DNA of 64,000 nt from Candidatus Krumholzibacteriota bacterium (GTDB taxonomy: Bacteria; Krumholzibacteriota; Krumholzibacteriia; JAJRXK01). The position numbers and the translations under genes are program-made. The notes below the pieces were generated by a model, which did not search any database, was not told where the DNA came from, and saw only the letters and a program-made list of their open reading frames with translations. Positions 1-9,990 of the stretch are shown here, in pieces. Position 1 is the first letter of the stretch, and each line of letters opens with the position of its first letter. The stretch lies in the NCBI GenBank assembly GCA_963727455.1, contig CAVSGG010000008.1, forward strand, positions 160,001-224,000, written 5' to 3'.

Positions 1-825
1 GTGCGTCACCTCGCGCGACCCCTGGTCAAACAGCTGGCCCATCCTCAGCCCAATGCTTCGGTGCGATGCCTGCATCGCATCGCAGATCGTGCGCTCGAGC
101 CGGATTTTGGTAAGGACGCGGCGCGGCGCGCGGAGCGCGTGCTCATCAACTGCGTTCGGCACGATCTCCGCCCTTCGGTCAGAGGAGACGCCGTGGCGGC
201 GCTCGGCGAGATAGGAAGCAGAAGCGCGGTGCGCTGCCTGGTGGACATGCTCGCAAGAGAGGATGCGTCGCTCCATCGGGAAGTGGTGATTGCGCTGCGC
301 AAGATCCACCCCCAGCGGGCGCTCATGGCACTCCTTGGACTCTTGCAGAGCCGGGATCCAATCATTCGGGAAGAGGCGGCTAACGCGCTGGGAGCGATCG
401 GCAATCCCAGAGCGGTAAAGCGGCTGCGCGTTCTCCTGGACGACGAGAACGCAGACGTGAGACAAGAAGCGGTGCTGGCATTGGGACGACTGGGAGGACG
501 CGAGGTTCTGGTGAGTCTGGAGAAGGCCCTCCAAGATCCAGATCCCTCGGTGCGCATCTCCGCCTGCTCCGCCTTGGCCCTCAGTCTCGGCGATCGCGCA
601 CAAGGTAAGCTGATTCGCGCGCTCTACGACACCGCAGCAGGCGTTCGCTCGGAGGCCGCGTTCCATTTGGGGACCCTGGGAGACGAGGGAGTGCGAATTC
701 ATCTCGAGGGGAGACTGCTCGACCTGGAGCGCGACGAATTCGGGGAACCGGTGGCTCGGGAAGCCAGGCGTTCGATCTTCAGGATCGATCTCATGGCGGC
801 GCGCCGCAAACGCGCTCTCCGCTAG
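1..825 (+). CDS. HEAT-repeat (PBS lyase-like) protein, probably 5'-truncated by the window edge
   Basis: Repeated units such as VRGDAVAALGEIG, IREEAANALGAIG, VRQEAVLALGRLG, VRSEAAFHLGTLG. Confidence 0.85.
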   Translation: MRHLARPLVKQLAHPQPNASVRCLHRIADRALEPDFGKDAARRAERVLINCVRHDLRPSVRGDAVAALGEIGSRSAVRCLVDMLAREDASLHREVVIALRKIHPQRALMALLGLLQSRDPIIREEAANALGAIGNPRAVKRLRVLLDDENADVRQEAVLALGRLGGREVLVSLEKALQDPDPSVRISACSALALSLGDRAQGKLIRALYDTAAGVRSEAAFHLGTLGDEGVRIHLEGRLLDLERDEFGEPVAREARRSIFRIDLMAARRKRALR

Positions 826-1832
826 CGCTCCGAGTACATGCGTTGATAATAAGCGCGGTACTCCCCGCTGCGAACTTGCTCGAGCCACCCCTCGTGTTCC
901 AGATACCACTGAACGGTCTCCGCCAGTCCCTCCTCGAAGCGAATCCGCGGCCGCCATCCGAGTTCACGCTTGATCTTGCTGGCATCAATGGCGTAGCGGC
1001 GGTCGTGTCCGAGACGGTCACCGACGTAGCGGATGAGGCTCTCCGGCTTTCCCAGAATTTCCAGTAGGCGGCGCACGACTTCGATGTTTTCGCGCTGGCT
1101 ATCTCCCCCGATGTTGTAAATCTCGCCCGGTCGTCCCTTCTTCAGAACTGCCTCGATCGCGCTACAGTGGTCCTGTACGTAGAGCCAGTCCCGCACGTTC
1201 TTCCCGTCTCCGTACACCGGCAGTGGTTCATCCTCTAGGGCGTTGGATATCATCAGCGGAATGAGCTTTTCGGGAAACTGAAAGGGGCCGTAATTGTTGC
1301 TGCAGCGCGTAACGAGCACCGGTAGGCCGAAAGTGTGGTGATAGGCACGGCAGAGCAGATCGGCCGAGGCCTTCGAGGCCGAGTAAGGGCTGTTGGGAGC
1401 AAGTGGCGTGGTCTCGCTGAAGGCCTCGTCCTTCGGACCGAGGCTTCCGTACACCTCGTCGGTCGAGACCATGACGAAGCGCATTCCTCCCAGTTCCTTC
1501 GCTCGTTCCAGCAGAACTTGGGTCCCCAAGACGTTCGTCTCCAGAAAGATCCTGGCGCCTTCGATGGAACGATCCACGTGACTCTCGGCCGCGAAATGGA
1601 CAATCGCGTCGAAGCTGTCGTCGAGGACTTCTGTGACCTCCTGTGGATTGCTCACGTTTCCCTTCACGAAGCGGTAACGTGGATCGTCCTTGAGTTGGGC
1701 GAGGTTCTCCAGATTTCCCGCGTAGGTGAGAGCATCGAAGTTTACCAACTCCCAATCGGATTGGCCCGCGAGGAGATGATGGATGAAGTTGCTGCCGATG
1801 AATCCGGCACCACCGGTGACGAAGAGCTTCAT
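822..1832 (-). CDS. rfbB: dTDP-glucose 4,6-dehydratase
   Basis: VTGGAGFIGSNF, HFAAESHVDRS, STDEVYG, SPYSASKA, RCSNNYGP, DRLGHDRRY. Confidence 0.97.
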   Translation of the reverse strand: MKLFVTGGAGFIGSNFIHHLLAGQSDWELVNFDALTYAGNLENLAQLKDDPRYRFVKGNVSNPQEVTEVLDDSFDAIVHFAAESHVDRSIEGARIFLETNVLGTQVLLERAKELGGMRFVMVSTDEVYGSLGPKDEAFSETTPLAPNSPYSASKASADLLCRAYHHTFGLPVLVTRCSNNYGPFQFPEKLIPLMISNALEDEPLPVYGDGKNVRDWLYVQDHCSAIEAVLKKGRPGEIYNIGGDSQRENIEVVRRLLEILGKPESLIRYVGDRLGHDRRYAIDASKIKRELGWRPRIRFEEGLAETVQWYLEHEGWLEQVRSGEYRAYYQRMYSER

Positions 1833-1841
1833 GGGTTCTTC

Positions 1842-2573
1842 CTAGGGGTTGTTGGCCCCGGTCTCGGACACGAGTTTGCTGGCGCGAAGCAGTGAGTCGA
1901 AGGTACCCGCATCACTCCACCAGCCCTCGAGTTGCGCCCAGTGCATCTCGCCCAATTCGATGTAGGCATTGTTCACATCGGTAATCTCCAGCTCTCCGCG
2001 GTGGCTGGGCTTGAGAGTTTCGATGATCTGAAAGACGCGGTGGTCGAAGATGTAGATGCCGGTTACTGCGTAACTGCTCTTGGGCTCCTTCGGTTTTTCC
2101 TCGATGCCCACCACTTTTTCTTTCTCGAACACGGGAACACCGAAGCGTTGGGGATCATCGACTTTCTTGAGGAAGATCTGGGCACCCGTGCCGCCGCGTC
2201 GATTGTAAGCTTCGATGGCGGGACTTAAGCTCTTCTCGAAGATGTTGTCGCCCAGGATGACGCAAATGGGATCGTTCCCTGCGAAGTAACGCGCCAGCCT
2301 CAACGCGTCGGCGATACCGCCCTCCCCTTCCTGGTAGGTATAATTGATCGCGGGCAGTCCGAAGGTGCTACCGTTGCCGAGCAACTTCAGAAAGTCTCCC
2401 GCGCTGTTCCCTCCCGTCACCACCAGGATGTCCTTGATCCCCGCGGTGACCAGCGCCTCGATGGGATAGTAGATCATCGGTTTCTTGTAGATGGGCAAGA
2501 GGTGCTTGTTGGTCACCTTCGTCAGAGGGTGAAGCCGGGTTCCCAATCCGCCGGCCAGAATGACGCCTTTCAT
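1842..2573 (-). CDS. rfbA: Glucose-1-phosphate thymidylyltransferase (short RmlA/SpsI-like)
   Basis: KGVILAGGLGTRLHPLT, LGDNIF, RGELEITD, WWSDAGT; adjacent to rfbB. Confidence 0.9.
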   Translation of the reverse strand: MKGVILAGGLGTRLHPLTKVTNKHLLPIYKKPMIYYPIEALVTAGIKDILVVTGGNSAGDFLKLLGNGSTFGLPAINYTYQEGEGGIADALRLARYFAGNDPICVILGDNIFEKSLSPAIEAYNRRGGTGAQIFLKKVDDPQRFGVPVFEKEKVVGIEEKPKEPKSSYAVTGIYIFDHRVFQIIETLKPSHRGELEITDVNNAYIELGEMHWAQLEGWWSDAGTFDSLLRASKLVSETGANNP

Positions 2574-2604
2574 CGTTGTCTACTTCCTTGTCTCTTCTGA
2601 AGGA

Positions 2605-3432
2605 TTACGAAGCAGTGCTCCATGCTTCCATGAAATCTCGGGACCGCTTGGGATCGACGCCGGCTCCGGCACGACCGTCCCGCATCAATGCGCTCCCCAC
2701 GATCGCGCCATCGACGCGATTCGACCAGAAAGCCGCGTTCGTCGCATTGACTCCACTCGCCACCAAAATGGGGGCGTCGGGCAGAACCTCGCGCAGCTCC
2801 TCGGCCAGCGCGGGATCGGCCGGATAGCCTGTCCCCCCGCCCGTGACGAGAATGCAGTCGGCGCGGCCGCGCTCACGCAGCTCGAGAGCCTCTTCAGCCA
2901 AGGGCCTCGGGGCAAGGGATGCCGCGTGTTTGACCCGAAGGTCCGCCAAGACAAAAGTGGAGAGCTCGAGTTCCCGTCGCAGGCGCAAGGTCCGCGCGGC
3001 TCCTCCCTTCAGGATCCCCTGGTCAGTGAGCATCGCGCCGGTATGGACGTTGACGCGGATCGCCCAGGATCGCGTCGCGCACGCAATGCTGAGTGCCGAT
3101 CTGGCGTCGTTCCGCAGGCAGTTCACGCCCAACTTCAGCTCGGGCCACTCCTGCCGCAGACGATCCACGATCCGGGTCATCGCGGCCACGGTGACCGGGG
3201 GAATTCGCGCCCCGAAGAACGGCGCGTCCCCGAAGTTCTCCACGATCAGGGCCCGAAACCCGCTCTTCACCAGAATTTCCGCGTCAGTCAGGGCTCGCTC
3301 GAGCGCCGAGTCGGGATTCCCGTCGTAGGCGCTGGCCCCGGGCAGTGGCAGCAAATGGACCATTCCCACGAGCGGCGGGGAAAGCTGCTCGTGGAACTGA
3401 GTGCGAGTGAGAGGAGGCGCGGGAGTCTTCAT
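2605..3432 (-). CDS. BtpA/SgcQ family protein
   Basis: GMVHLLPLPG, IVENFGDAPF, GVNCLRND, ADLRVKHA, VTGGGTG, DGAIVGS. Confidence 0.92.
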   Translation of the reverse strand: MKTPAPPLTRTQFHEQLSPPLVGMVHLLPLPGASAYDGNPDSALERALTDAEILVKSGFRALIVENFGDAPFFGARIPPVTVAAMTRIVDRLRQEWPELKLGVNCLRNDARSALSIACATRSWAIRVNVHTGAMLTDQGILKGGAARTLRLRRELELSTFVLADLRVKHAASLAPRPLAEEALELRERGRADCILVTGGGTGYPADPALAEELREVLPDAPILVASGVNATNAAFWSNRVDGAIVGSALMRDGRAGAGVDPKRSRDFMEAWSTAS

Positions 3433-3487
3433 GACGCGGGCAGAATAGCACGGGAAAAGCCGCCGCTACCAGAGGCAGCTTGAGGGC

Positions 3488-3516
3488 TTGTGAAGCGCGC
3501 CCCCACTAGCTATGCT
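3488..3516 (+). promoter_or_regulatory. Putative sigma70 promoter of tdk
   Basis: TTGTGA-17 nt-TATGCT in the divergent intergenic gap. Confidence 0.5.
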
Positions 3517-3602
3517 CACAAATCGTGGGCGAGGCTCGCACTCGTCGTTTGCCGCTCTTTTGGGGCACACGATACCTCACATCTCAATCCGTGAGGTCGG
3601 CC

Positions 3603-4193
3603 ATGCAGCGGCCCTATCCCAAGTCCGGCTGGATCGAAGTCATCACCGGCAGCATGTTCAGTGGCAAGAGCGAGGAGCTGATCCGGCGTCTACGACGCGC
3701 GGAGATTGCCAGACAGAGAGTCCAGATCTTCAAGCCGGGCTTGGACGTCCGCTACGACGAGGATCATATCGTTTCGCACAGCCAGATGAAGCTCCGCTCG
3801 GAGGCCGTCGAGAACTCCCTGGCCCTGATGGAGAGAGTCGACGATCGGGTAGAGGTCATTGGAGTCGATGAAGCCCAGTTCTTCGACGCCGGGCTGGTCG
3901 AGGTCTGCAATCGTCTGGCCAATCAGGGCAAACGCGTGATCGTGGCCGGACTGGATCGGGACTTCCGTGGAGAACCTTTCGAGGTGATGGCGCAGCTCTT
4001 GGCCACCGCTGAGTACATCACCAAGAGCCTCGCCATCTGCATGGTATGCGGTGCACCCGCCGCCTACACCCAAAAGATCACTGGTGGGCACGACCGAATC
4101 GAGATCGGTGCGGCCGGAATGTATGAAGCACGTTGCCGCTATTGCTTCGAGCCCCCGGCGGAAGAGGCGGAGAAGAAGAGCGCAAAGAGCTGA
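3603..4193 (+). CDS. tdk: Thymidine kinase (alternative start GTG at 3525)
   Basis: GSMFSGKSEEL, FKPGLDVRY, VDEAQFF, AGLDRDFRGEPF, zinc site CMVC...YEARCRYC. Confidence 0.96.
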   Translation: MQRPYPKSGWIEVITGSMFSGKSEELIRRLRRAEIARQRVQIFKPGLDVRYDEDHIVSHSQMKLRSEAVENSLALMERVDDRVEVIGVDEAQFFDAGLVEVCNRLANQGKRVIVAGLDRDFRGEPFEVMAQLLATAEYITKSLAICMVCGAPAAYTQKITGGHDRIEIGAAGMYEARCRYCFEPPAEEAEKKSAKS

Positions 4194-4223
4194 GCGGGAC
4201 CCCCCGTCGCGCCACTCGTGCGA

Positions 4224-5561
4224 TCAACGGAACACTCCGAAGACATCCAGAAGCACCACGAAAATCACCACGGGGCAGATGTAGCGGATGAAGATACCCC
4301 AGAAGGCGATGCCCCTGTCGGTGATCCCGCTGCCGAGCTTCAGCTCCTCGCCCGCCCTCTTGACGCCCCAGATCCATCCCACGAACACGCTCAAGAGCAA
4401 CCCTCCAAGCGCGAGAGAGATGTTTCCCCAGATGTAGTCCATGATGCCGAGCACACTCGTCTTCCCAAAGAGACTCATGTTGCTGAGGCTTCCCACGGCT
4501 CCTTGGGAAAGCGCGGCTGGGAGACCAAGAAGAAACGTGACGAATCCTATCGTCCAGGCCGACTTCTTGCGCGACCAGTGACGCTCGTCCACGAAGTAGG
4601 CCACGACCACTTCGAGCAACGAGACGGTGGAAGTCAGCGCAGCGATGCCCAGAAGCACGAAGAACACCACCGAAACCAACTGTCCCATCGGCATGGAGGA
4701 GAAGACCTTGGGGAGAACCACGAACACCAAGGAGGGGCCGGCATCCGGGCTCTCCCCCATCGCGAAAACCGCGGGAAAAATCATGAAGCCGGCCAGAACC
4801 GCGACCAGGGTATCGAAGAAGGCCACGAATGCACCTGCCGTCCGCAGATCCGCGCCCTTGGGCAGGTAGGATCCGTAGGTGATCATGGCCCCCATTCCCA
4901 AACTCAGGGAAAAGAAGGCCTGCCCCAAGGCAGTCAGAAAGGTGTTCGTCGTCACTTGCGAGAAATCGGGCTTCAGGTAGAAGCTCAGACCCGCCATGGC
5001 TCCCGGCAGCGTCAGGCCGCGCAGAATCACGAGGAGCATGAGCACGAGAAGCACGGGCATGAGAACCTTCGCGGTGCGCTCGATCCCGCTCTCCACACCC
5101 CCCAAGACCACCCCGATGGTCAAGAGCATGAAGAGGGCGAAGAGTGGAATCGTCACCACGGCATCGCCGGTGAAGGTGCCGAATTCCATGTGGGGCGCCA
5201 CGAAGCTCTTGAAGATGAATCCGAGCGTCCAACCTGCGATGACCGCGTAGTAGCTCAGAATGCCCACACCAGTGAGAACTCCAAGGGCGCCGGCCCAGAC
5301 CCAGAGCGAGCGGCGGCCGCGAATGGCCTCGATGGCGCCGACCGGGTTCTTGTGGCTGTAGCGGCCCAGAACCAGTTCGGCGAAGAGGTAGGGCAGGCAG
5401 ATCAGGATCACGCAAGCCAGATAGAGCAGAACGAAGGCGGCGCCTCCGTTCTCGCCCGCCACATAGGGGAATCGCCAGATGTTGCCCAGCCCGATGGCCG
5501 AACCGGCCGCGGCGAGGATGAAGCCCGTGCTCGATCCCCACTGTCCACGCGCTTGCTCCAT
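4224..5561 (-). CDS. Sodium-dependent transporter, NSS/SNF family
   Basis: GSAIGLGNIWRFPY, GQAFFSLSLGMG, GPSLVF; many hydrophobic segments. Confidence 0.95.
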   Translation of the reverse strand: MEQARGQWGSSTGFILAAAGSAIGLGNIWRFPYVAGENGGAAFVLLYLACVILICLPYLFAELVLGRYSHKNPVGAIEAIRGRRSLWVWAGALGVLTGVGILSYYAVIAGWTLGFIFKSFVAPHMEFGTFTGDAVVTIPLFALFMLLTIGVVLGGVESGIERTAKVLMPVLLVLMLLVILRGLTLPGAMAGLSFYLKPDFSQVTTNTFLTALGQAFFSLSLGMGAMITYGSYLPKGADLRTAGAFVAFFDTLVAVLAGFMIFPAVFAMGESPDAGPSLVFVVLPKVFSSMPMGQLVSVVFFVLLGIAALTSTVSLLEVVVAYFVDERHWSRKKSAWTIGFVTFLLGLPAALSQGAVGSLSNMSLFGKTSVLGIMDYIWGNISLALGGLLLSVFVGWIWGVKRAGEELKLGSGITDRGIAFWGIFIRYICPVVIFVVLLDVFGVFR

Positions 5562-5675
5562 CGAGTTCTCCTGCTAGCTTGAGGACCTTGCCGTGCCGAA
5601 CTCTCTCTGGGGGTCACGGCACCGTTGGCGGGCAGTGTATGCAAGCGGCCGAGAGTGGGTCAAGGAGAGGCCTGA

Positions 5676-6044
5676 ATGAGAACTCGACTGGTGAAGGACT
5701 TTCAGTTCGAGGCGGCGCATCGCCTGCCGCGGGTCCCACAAGGGCACAAATGCGGCCGGCTGCACGGCCACAGCTTCAAGATCCAGGTGGAGGTCGAAGG
5801 AGAAATCGACCCTGATACCGGTTGGCTGCTCGACTACGCGGAGATCGGCGAGGCCTTTCGGCCGCTCCACGACACTCTCGACCACCGCTATCTCAACGAA
5901 ATCGAAGGACTGGAGAATCCCACTTCGGAAGTGCTCGCGGCCTGGATCTGGCAGCGCCTGATCGCCAGTTTGCCGCAGCTCGTCCGAGTAACGGTGCAGG
6001 AGACTTGCAGCGCGCGCTGCGTTTACGAGGGACCGACCGGCTGA
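5676..6044 (+). CDS. queD: 6-carboxy-5,6,7,8-tetrahydropterin synthase
   Basis: [34 protein letters not shown]; SD AAGGAG. Confidence 0.96.
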   Translation: MRTRLVKDFQFEAAHRLPRVPQGHKCGRLHGHSFKIQVEVEGEIDPDTGWLLDYAEIGEAFRPLHDTLDHRYLNEIEGLENPTSEVLAAWIWQRLIASLPQLVRVTVQETCSARCVYEGPTG

Positions 6045-6050
6045 AACGGC

Positions 6051-6212
6051 TCAATGTCGCTTGCCCACCACCGCGGCAATAATGAGCCCAATGGGGCCCA
6101 GCAGAGCTCCCAAGACGAAAAAGCCGCAGCCGCTTCGGCCCTTGCTGGTGGCGATCCAAGCGGACAGGACTCCAAAGAGTAACCAGAGGGGAATTCCAAT
6201 TGCGAACTCCAA
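6051..6212 (-). CDS. Small (53 aa) two-helix membrane protein, absent from the ORF track
   Basis: Manual translation MEFAIGIPLWLLFGVLSAWIATSKGRSGCGFFVLGALLGPIGLIIAAVVGKRH*; TTG start with SD GAGGAGG 7 nt upstream; fills the gap after the HDAC gene. Confidence 0.8.
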   Translation of the reverse strand: MEFAIGIPLWLLFGVLSAWIATSKGRSGCGFFVLGALLGPIGLIIAAVVGKRH

Positions 6213-6235
6213 GGACGAACCTCCTCAGCCAGTGT

Positions 6236-7147
6236 TCATTGCCATTGATTTAGTACGTCCTGCGCGGCCCGCGCGGTTCCAAAATGAAGCCTTGCTGTCT
6301 CCTCCGCACTTTCCGCATATCCACCGGCCAAAAAAATGGCCACGGGCACTCGGACCTTCCGATAGCGGGAGAATACCAACTCATCACGACGCCTGAGGCC
6401 CTCCTCCGTGAGAGCCAAACCCCCGAGTCGATCGCGCTGGAAAGGATCCACCCCCGCGACGTAACAGACCAGCTGGGGGTCGGAGAATCTCCGATCGACC
6501 GTCTCGAGGTCCTCATGGAGTCTCTCGAGATATTCTTCGTCGCTCACACCATCGAGAAGACCGGTATCTAGGTCACTGCGCTGCTTCACCGGGTAGTTAT
6601 GCTCCTGATGAATGGAATAGGTGAAGGTGTCGTCATCCAATTTGTAGATGAGGGCCGTACCATTTCCCTGATGCACGTCGACATCGAGGAAGAGAACTCT
6701 CTCCAAGTCCGTTTCGGCGCGCGCCTTCTCCACCGCGATCGCCATGTCGTGATAGTAGCAGAAGCCTTCCGCGTGATCGGGAAACGCGTGGTGGAAACCA
6801 CCCCCGATGCAAAAGCCCATTCCCTTGTCCAGCGCGAGCCTCACCGTTTGCGCACTGGCCCCCAGCAATCGCCGAAAGGCCGAGATCACCTCTCGGGTGA
6901 CGGGAAGCTCACTGCTCGTGGTCGCCCAAGTCTCGCGAGCTTGCTCGAGATCCGACACGTATCGCGGGGTGTGGATGCGCGCGATGTCCTCGGCGCTCAC
7001 CTCGCTTGGATCGTGAAAGTAATCCTCTGGGGTATTCAGTTCCTCCTGAAGCAGGCGGGTGAGAATGGAATACTTCGCCAACGGAAAGGGATGATCTCCG
7101 ATGTCCAGAGACTCTTCCATGCCCCGCACGAACTCGAGTTCCGCCAT
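6236..7147 (-). CDS. Histone deacetylase family (AcuC/HDAC-like) Zn amidohydrolase
   Basis: GGFHHA, GFCYYHD, DVDVHQGNGT, GVDP..DRLG, AGGY. Confidence 0.93.
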   Translation of the reverse strand: MAELEFVRGMEESLDIGDHPFPLAKYSILTRLLQEELNTPEDYFHDPSEVSAEDIARIHTPRYVSDLEQARETWATTSSELPVTREVISAFRRLLGASAQTVRLALDKGMGFCIGGGFHHAFPDHAEGFCYYHDMAIAVEKARAETDLERVLFLDVDVHQGNGTALIYKLDDDTFTYSIHQEHNYPVKQRSDLDTGLLDGVSDEEYLERLHEDLETVDRRFSDPQLVCYVAGVDPFQRDRLGGLALTEEGLRRRDELVFSRYRKVRVPVAIFLAGGYAESAEETARLHFGTARAAQDVLNQWQ

Positions 7148-9990
7148 CAGGAGTACCGCCCCAGTTCGGCGGCCAAATAACGGCCTGTATGTGATTTCTT
7201 CACTCGTACCACCGCCTCGGGAGGACCCTCGGCGAGAATTCGTCCTCCACTCTCTCCCCCTTCGGGGCCCAGATCGATGATCCAGTCCGCAGTTTTGATG
7301 ACGTCCAGATTGTGCTCGATGATGACCACGGTGTTATTGGCATCGACGAGACGGTGCAGGACCGCCAGGAGTCGTTTGATATCGTGGGAATGAAGTCCGG
7401 TCGTAGGTTCGTCGAGCACGTAGAGGGTGCGACCGGTCGCTTTCCTCGCCAATTCCCGCGATAGTTTCACTCGCTGTGCCTCTCCTCCGCTCAGAGTGGT
7501 TGCCGGCTGTCCCAGCTTGATGTAATCGAGTCCCACGTCGTGGAGAGTCTGCAGAATCTTGCCGATCTTAGGCTGATTGGCGAAGAATTCCAACGCTTCC
7601 TGCACGTCCATGTCCAGGACGTCGGCGATCGATTTTCCTTTGTAACGGCACTCGAGCGTTTCCGCCTGGAATCGCTGCCCCTTGCAGACCTCGCAGCTGA
7701 CCCAAACGTCGGCCAAGAAGTGCATGGAAATCTTCTTCTGGCCGTGTCCTTCACAGGCTTCGCAACGCCCCCCCTTGACGTTGAAGGAGAATCGGCCCGG
7801 CTTGTAGCCGCGCGCCTTGGAGAGAGGAAGTTGGGCGAAGATCTCCCGGATCAGAGTGAAGACCTGCACGTACGTCGCCGGATTCGACCGGGGAGTACGA
7901 CCAATGGGGTCCTGGTTGATGTCGATCACCTTGTCGATGTTGTGCAGTCCGCTGATGCGTTTGAACGGACCCACCCGCAGCTGCCGATCCGAGAGGCGGT
8001 TGGCAAGGGCCGGATAGAGCGTCTCGTTCACGAGGGAACTCTTGCCGCTCCCCGATACACCCGTTACCGCGGTGAACACTCCCAAAGGAAAGGAAACGTC
8101 CAGATTCTTGAGATTGTTCAGCCGCGCGCCTCTCAGAGTGATGGCCGCGCGACTTGGCTTTCTCCGCCTCTCGGGAATCTCGATCCGCAGCTTACCCGTG
8201 AGATAGGCTCCGGTCAGGCTTCGCGAGGCGGCACGACGTAGCCTGGGTACGCTTCCCGAGAACACGATCTCTCCGCCATTCACGCCGGCCCCAGGTCCGA
8301 AGTCGATGACATGATCCGCGCTCGCGATAGTCTCGGCATCGTGCTCGACCACAATCACGGTGTTTCCCATGTCCCTCAGATCCGCCAAGGTGGTAAGAAG
8401 GCGCGCGTTGTCCCGCTGGTGTAGGCCGATCGAGGGCTCGTCCAGAATGTACAGCACTCCCACCAGATGCGATCCGATTTGGCTCGCGAGACGGATTCGT
8501 TGGCTCTCCCCTCCGCTGAGAGTTGGCGCGGCGCGATCGAGGGTCAAATATTCCAGGCCAACGTCGAGCAGGAACTTCAGGCGGGTTCTCACTTCCCGGA
8601 ACGCGTCCTCAGCCACCTGCGCTTTCGCTTTGGGAACCTTGAGCTTGGCGAAGTAACTGTGTGCCTCCTGAATGGAGAGCCGGTTCAATTCTGCGAGATT
8701 CAAGGTACCCAGTTTTACGGAAAGGCTCTCCGGGCGCAGCTTCCTTCCCTTGCACTCGGGGCAGACCCCTTCGTGGAGAAACTGCCCATAGTAGCGGCGA
8801 CGACGCTCGCTGCGTGTCTGGCGAACGAGACGCTCCACCTCCGTGGCTACCCCGACCACTCTTCCTTCGAAATCCCCACGAAACCTCTCGCTCTCGTATC
8901 GGTAGGTGAGTGTGGTCTTCTCGTCACCGTAGAGCAGGAGCTTGCGATCGCGCTTGGAGAGCTTCTTCCACGGGCGATTCAGGTCGATGGAATAGTGGGC
9001 CGCGATTTGGAGCAGACGTTGATTCCACCAGCCCAGGCTGTCCTTTTCCTCGAGATTGCCCATCAATGCCAACGCTCCGGCCATCACCGACTTCTCGGGA
9101 TCCAACACGAGACGATCGGGGTCGGCTTGCAGGAGTGTTCCCAGACCATTGCATCTGGGACACGCCCCCCTGGGAGAATTGAAGGAGAAGTGCTGCGGGA
9201 TTAACTCCTCGAAGGAGATTCCGCAGTGAACGCAAGCGTAATCCTCGCCCAGCAGAACCTCGTCTCCCGCCTCGCTCTCGGCCAGAAGCAGTCCCGAGGA
9301 AAGCCGCAAGGCGGTTTCGATACTGTCCACCAATCGCGACGAGCGGACTTTACCCACCACGACACGATCGATGAGAACCTCCACGTCGTGGGTCATAGTC
9401 TTGCTGAGTCGCGGGGCCTCTCTCTCTTGGAGATCGTGGTAGCCACCATCGATCCGCAAGCGGGTGAATCCCTCCCTGCGCAGTTTGCGCAGCAGTTCGC
9501 GGTACTCTCCCTTGCGTCCGCGCACCACGGGAGAGTAGAGGATGAGGCGCGTGCCGGACGGAAACTCCTGCAGACGCTGCGCCATCTGTCCCGGAGTCTG
9601 GCGACCCACCTTCCGACCACAGCGGTGGCAATGCTGCACGCCGAGTCTGGCGTAGATGACTCGGAGATAGTCATGGATCTCGGTGACGGTTCCAACCGTG
9701 GAACGGGGGTTCCGGCTTGGGGCCTTCTGATCGATGGAGATGGCTGGGCTGAGCCCTTCGATGTGGTCGACCTGCGGCTTCTCCATCTGTCCCAAAAATT
9801 GCCGCGCGTACGAGGACAGACTCTCCACGTAACGCCTCTGTCCTTCCGCGTAGAGAGTATCGAAGGCCAGCGAGGACTTGCCGCTTCCAGAGACGCCCGT
9901 AAACACCACGAGTTGATCACGGGGAATCTCGAGATCGATGTTCTTGAGATTGTGCTGGCGCGCCCCCCTGACGACGATTGACTTCCTCAT
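7147..9990 (-). CDS. uvrA: Excinuclease ABC subunit A (start placed at MRKSIVVRGARQHNLKN)
   Basis: Two GVSGSGKSS Walker A motifs, LSGGESQR and LSGGEAQR signatures, zinc fingers. Confidence 0.98.
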   Translation of the reverse strand: MRKSIVVRGARQHNLKNIDLEIPRDQLVVFTGVSGSGKSSLAFDTLYAEGQRRYVESLSSYARQFLGQMEKPQVDHIEGLSPAISIDQKAPSRNPRSTVGTVTEIHDYLRVIYARLGVQHCHRCGRKVGRQTPGQMAQRLQEFPSGTRLILYSPVVRGRKGEYRELLRKLRREGFTRLRIDGGYHDLQEREAPRLSKTMTHDVEVLIDRVVVGKVRSSRLVDSIETALRLSSGLLLAESEAGDEVLLGEDYACVHCGISFEELIPQHFSFNSPRGACPRCNGLGTLLQADPDRLVLDPEKSVMAGALALMGNLEEKDSLGWWNQRLLQIAAHYSIDLNRPWKKLSKRDRKLLLYGDEKTTLTYRYESERFRGDFEGRVVGVATEVERLVRQTRSERRRRYYGQFLHEGVCPECKGRKLRPESLSVKLGTLNLAELNRLSIQEAHSYFAKLKVPKAKAQVAEDAFREVRTRLKFLLDVGLEYLTLDRAAPTLSGGESQRIRLASQIGSHLVGVLYILDEPSIGLHQRDNARLLTTLADLRDMGNTVIVVEHDAETIASADHVIDFGPGAGVNGGEIVFSGSVPRLRRAASRSLTGAYLTGKLRIEIPERRRKPSRAAITLRGARLNNLKNLDVSFPLGVFTAVTGVSGSGKSSLVNETLYPALANRLSDRQLRVGPFKRISGLHNIDKVIDINQDPIGRTPRSNPATYVQVFTLIREIFAQLPLSKARGYKPGRFSFNVKGGRCEACEGHGQKKISMHFLADVWVSCEVCKGQRFQAETLECRYKGKSIADVLDMDVQEALEFFANQPKIGKILQTLHDVGLDYIKLGQPATTLSGGEAQRVKLSRELARKATGRTLYVLDEPTTGLHSHDIKRLLAVLHRLVDANNTVVIIEHNLDVIKTADWIIDLGPEGGESGGRILAEGPPEAVVRVKKSHTGRYLAAELGRYS

